Source of the DNA: Paraspadella gotoi
Taxonomy: Eukaryota; Animalia; Chaetognatha
DNA: 12,573 nt
Direction: 5' to 3'
Assembly: GCA_051294375.1 (NCBI GenBank)
Contig: JBJCIZ010000996.1
Span: forward strand, 1-12,573
Shown: piece by piece, positions 9,190 through 12,573 of the stretch
Numbering within the stretch: position 1 is the stretch's first letter
Layout: each line of letters opens with the position of its first letter
The notes under the pieces: generated by a model
Told to the model about the DNA's origin: nothing
The model's database searches: none
What the model saw: only the letters and a program-made list of their open reading frames with translations
Position numbers and translations under genes: made by a program

Positions 9190-10730
9190 CGTTTTTTATT
9201 TACTTTATTTCCGAGGTTTTGTTTTTAAAAAAATCATTTAATGAACGTTTGAAGAGACAGTAATTATTGATAAGTGTTTAATGACAAAACCAGTTCAATA
9301 TAAGCAGTCCCTGAGCTTCGGATCAGGCTGTAACACCATGTTACAGGCGGGTGTAAGCGCCCCGTCCCCTCTTAACTGCAGACGACACCGGGCTAAGAAC
9401 CCCGGACCTTTGGGTTGGGAGGCGAATGACTTGCCTCCGGCACCAATGCCGCTGATGAACGTTGGTGGATTTTAGTTACCATACATCCCCCCCTCCCATA
9501 GGGAGAAGTCTGTTGCGTCTCTTCATGAATTGTTGTTGTTGGTGGAAAGTTCGTCACAAGTTGAGGCATGTCGCCTGATGTGTTGTGGGCGGAAAGTGCA
9601 TCCCAGGTTGAGGCATGTCCCTGAAAGTGTTGTTGTTGCGTTCGGAATGCGGGCTCACCAATTGAAGAGACAGTAATTATTTATAAGTGTTATGACAGAA
9701 CCGTTCAATTTAAGCATCCCTGAGCTTCGGATCAGGCTGTAAACCATGTTACAGGCGGTAATCAGCCCCGTCCCTCTTACTGCAGACGACCCCGGCTAAG
9801 AACCCCGGACGCTTGGTTGGGAGGCGATGACTTGCCTTCGGCACCAATGGCCGCTGATGAACGGTTGGTGGATTTTAGTCCACCATACGTTTTTATGTAA
9901 AACCGAATCATTCTACTGTTCCTTTGTTTTTGGAATGAATTTTTGATCGCTGTCCCCAACTGCTTTTAAACAAAAATCCATTAATTTTGCACTTTGCAAA
10001 TGATTTAATGATTTTATCTGAGTTTAAACTCTGTCGTTCGAATCGAGGGAAACGAAACCTATATTAAATAGAGATCAGAACGTGACTTAATATATCCTGC
10101 TTTCCTATTGGTTTAAGTTTTCCTTATTTTTTTAACCCTCAATTCTAGCTTCTTATTGGTCAAAAGTAGTATTAAGAGATCTAAACTTATTGAAACCTAA
10201 GTTTTTTCTTGATTATATGATGCAACTAGGAGGTAATATTTTGTTGATACTTGAAATTATTTGTGAAATTAATATTAAATCTCTTTTTAGATTTAAGCGT
10301 TTTTCCTTGCCTATTCACGTTTGTCCTTATGTTAGTCTATATACGGTTTATAATGTCAAAATTGGAATCGCGTCTTTATTATTAATAGAATTATATTGAC
10401 TGTCTTAAACCTGTATAGCGCTTTGTTTTATGAGAAGAAAACCGCAACAACTACTTAATTAGTGAATATGAAAAAATGAAAGGTGAAATATTTGAGGGAT
10501 ATGAGTTTGAATAGTTGTTAAAGTGAAAATTTAAAATAAGAGTAAAGAGCTCAAAGTGAGCGTGGCCTCCCTTTGGTGGGATAGCTAAATGAAGTGCCCT
10601 CGGCAGTGGTTGATGGTATTGCGCGGTCAGTGGACTGAGGGAGGACGAGATTCACAAGAAGACTCTCTCTCTCTCTGCAGGCTTGTATGCAAGCCGAAGC
10701 GGTTGAGGCGTTTTTTGGGTAAGATAAAGT
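9190..10730 (+). mobile_element. Decayed Penelope-like retroelement fragment (end of RT/thumb, linker, start of GIY-YIG, 3' end), interrupted by TRIM #2; boundaries approximate
   Basis: By-eye translation gives frameshifted PLE-like motifs: RFYVKPNHS (9888-9914, cf. YxKPTHS), PTAFKQKSI, and IKSLFRFK..LP.HVC..V (from 10274) then CQN (10354; cf. KSLFRFKD.LP....VVY...C..C...YIG). A hammerhead remnant lies downstream at ~10680-10700. No alignment was run. Confidence 0.55.
9250..9887 (-). mobile_element. Second, unrelated miniature LTR retrotransposon (TRIM-like #2, ~640 bp)
   Basis: Direct repeats 9250-9485 and 9663-~9887; PPT GGGAGGGGGGGA (9486-9497); PBS TGGTGAGCCCGC (9649-9660) 2 nt from the LTR; probable CGTT TSD at 9246-9249 and 9888-9891 (the right LTR lacks its last 2 nt); 177-bp internal region. 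Confidence 0.88.
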
Positions 10731-11863
10731 CCGTTGTGAGAGCGAGTGTGGTGAGGCAGGAGAGAAGAGTGGCGAGTGTGCCCGGACGAGGTGCGGATGT
10801 GATCGGGTAGAGTTAAGTTGCATGTGAGGAGGTAGAGTGTAGGGCAGACGAGCTTAAGTTGTGTGAGAAGTTGTGAGAGAGTGCGGCGCGGAGTGTGGTG
10901 TGTGTGGTGGGTGGCTGTTGCGGGCGCGCTGTGGAGCGCGCGGCGTGGAGAGTGAGAGTGGAGCTGGTGTGGGTGGAGTAGGTGCGTGAGAGTGTTGTGG
11001 TGTGAGTGTGTGTGTGGTGTGGGGGCGTGTGTGTGGAGGTGGTGGTTGGTGTGGGGGTGAGGGTGTGGAGGGTGTGGTGTGTGTGTGTGTGTTTGGGTGG
11101 TGGTGATTCGGTGGGTAGCGATCGTGGTGTGCGGTGGTGGGTAGAGGTGTGTGTGTGAGTGTGTGTGAGTGAGAGGAGTGAGGGTGAGGAGGAGAGAGCG
11201 TGGTGAGTGGTTGTGGTGATGGTGTGGTGTGGGGTGGGGTGAGGTGTCGTGGTGGGTGTTTGTGGTGCTGGGTGTGTGGGGTGCCGGGAGGTGCGGGAAA
11301 GGGCGTGCGAGGAGGGGGTGGGGATGCGGGTTCCAGGTGGGTCGTGGAAACGTTGGCGATTGGGGTCTGGAGTGGTTTGAAGTAGAGCGAGGCCGGTTGT
11401 GCGGTAGCCGCAGGGTTGTGTGTCTGAGTGTGTCAGTGAGAGTGGCGGGCTTCGGGCACCAGTCGCGTGTGTGAGTGGTGTGTGGGGGTGTCGAGGTGAG
11501 GTGCAGTGTGGTAGTGTGTTGGTATGTGGGTTGTGTGGTGCGAAGTGTGGGAAGGAGGTGGATGTGTGCGCGTGTAGCGGAGCGAATGTCCAGTCGAGAG
11601 TCAGTAGTAGCGGGGTGGGCGAAGTGGACACGCTGCTTCCGCTAGCCCACACCACAAAAGTGGTGCGTTCGTGGTGGATATATTGCTGGTCCAGTGTGCG
11701 CCGATCACGGAGGAAGTGTGTGGTTGTGGCAAGTGGGGTACGACGGACAGAGACGGTGGTGGACGGACTCATTTTTTTTTGCTAATTTTTCTATTTGATG
11801 TTCTGACTAATTAAATGAGCCCCACAATATTGACGGTGGGGACGGACCGACAAGTGAATTATA
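10700..11863. other. Low-quality G/T-insertion-rich sequence: a garbled rendering of a HINE-like copy, likely a raw long-read segment
   Basis: 10700-10825 matches the reverse complement of ~12195-12295 with many extra G/T bases; 11620-11863 resolves back into the HINE end (...GACGGACCGACAAGTGAATTATA, cf. 3919-3942); it abuts the N gap. Confidence 0.75.
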
Positions 11864-11888
11864 NNNNNNNNNNNNNNNNNNNNNNNNN
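11864..11888. other. Assembly gap of exactly 25 N
   Basis: Counted directly. Confidence 0.99.
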
Positions 11889-12259
11889 ATTAAACTGGAA
11901 ATCAAGTTTCGATGGAATCGTTTGAGTTTGATGGGAAAAAAGCAAAAAAACCTGTTTCCCTAATTGATTATGCTTCTTTTTCCTTTTATATTAAATGTAA
12001 ATGCAAGATGTATTGATAAATAAAATAATCAATTAATTAATCAATTAATTTATCAATAATTAATTAATCAGTCAATCAATCAAGTCAATTGTTATCGACA
12101 TTATTCTCATCGTCGTCATTGCTTTTATCGGGGTTAGTGACGAAAAGACCTAAAAACAAACATTTGGGATCAAATTAATTAATTAATTGCCTAATTATTA
12201 ATGAATTAATTACCGATAATGATCGTGGGCAGATCCGACATTGTTTGCTCAAATTTGTT
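11889..12259 (+). mobile_element. 3' part of a HINE-like copy in the opposite orientation to copies 1 and 2
   Basis: 11889-12080 is the reverse complement of ~165-375; it ends GCAGATCCGAC (12229-12239) ATTGTTTGCTCAAATTTGTT, matching the reverse complement of 2735-2765. Confidence 0.8.
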
Positions 12260-12573
12260 CTACAACGACTTTATTTTTACAAAACGTACATGTTTCGGCT
12301 TGCATACAAGCCTTCTTCAGCGTTAACAAATTGTTTTGTGAATTGTCCTCTCAGCCACTGACGCGTCAATGACTCAACCTCATCGACCAGGCCTTTCATT
12401 TGCTTCCACCAAAGGGGGCCAGCTCACTTTTGAGCTCTTTCTTTATTCTTAAATTTTCACTTTAACAACTATTCAAAACTCATATCCCTCAAATCTTTCA
12501 CCTTTCATTTTTCATATTCACTAATTTATAGTAGTTGTTGCGGGTTTTTCTCTCATAAAACAAACGCTATACA
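12260..12573 (-). repeat. Inverted copy of 10412-~10740 (Penelope-like 3' region)
   Basis: The reverse complement starts TGTATAGCGTTTGTTTTATGAGA, matching 10412 onward; identity falls steadily toward 10700. Confidence 0.9.
12283..12324 (-). ncRNA. Minimal type I hammerhead ribozyme (Penelope-like element type)
   Basis: The - strand reads AACG CUGAAGA A GGCUUG-UAUG-CAAGCC GAAA C-AU-GUA CGUU: stem I AACG/CGUU, core CUGANGA and GAAA, 6-bp stem II, palindromic ACAUGU stem III, GUA cleavage triplet. AATAAA follows shortly downstream. Confidence 0.8.

Noticed and set aside
9365-9470. Twister-like or hammerhead-like motif in the TRIM #2 LTR (CCGG..AGCCCGG..GAGGG on -, CTGATGA on +)
   Set aside because: The required pseudoknots could not be built, and no stem II plus GAAA follows the CTGATGA.
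10813-11785. 319-aa His/Thr/Pro-rich ORF and overlapping Val/Gly/Cys-rich ORFs
   Set aside because: They are translations of GT-rich low-complexity sequence that appears to be a garbled read of a HINE copy next to a gap.

Overview
AT-rich, repeat-dense sequence that looks eukaryotic (probably an invertebrate animal), not prokaryotic. It appears to hold internal exons of one + strand host gene (5766-6267 and 8054-8397, plus a candidate 20-nt microexon at 4265-4284, all phase-compatible) among nested transposable elements. These are: (i) several copies of a DINE-1/HINE-like (Helentron-associated) non-autonomous element with ~120-180 bp central repeats; (ii) two different miniature LTR retrotransposons (TRIM-like, 860-2059 and 9250-9887), each with LTR pair, PBS, PPT and a 4-bp TSD; (iii) a decayed Penelope-like element whose 3' end carries a minimal type I hammerhead ribozyme (readable copy at 12283-12324, - strand); (iv) a foldback/MITE-like palindrome and minisatellites. 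The GT-rich stretch 10700-11760, the 25-N gap and the inverted duplication around it are most likely long-read gap-filling artefacts. Nearly all supplied ORFs are spurious. I see no convincing wholly new biological system; the best leads are the TRIMs, the hammerhead and the structured LTR.
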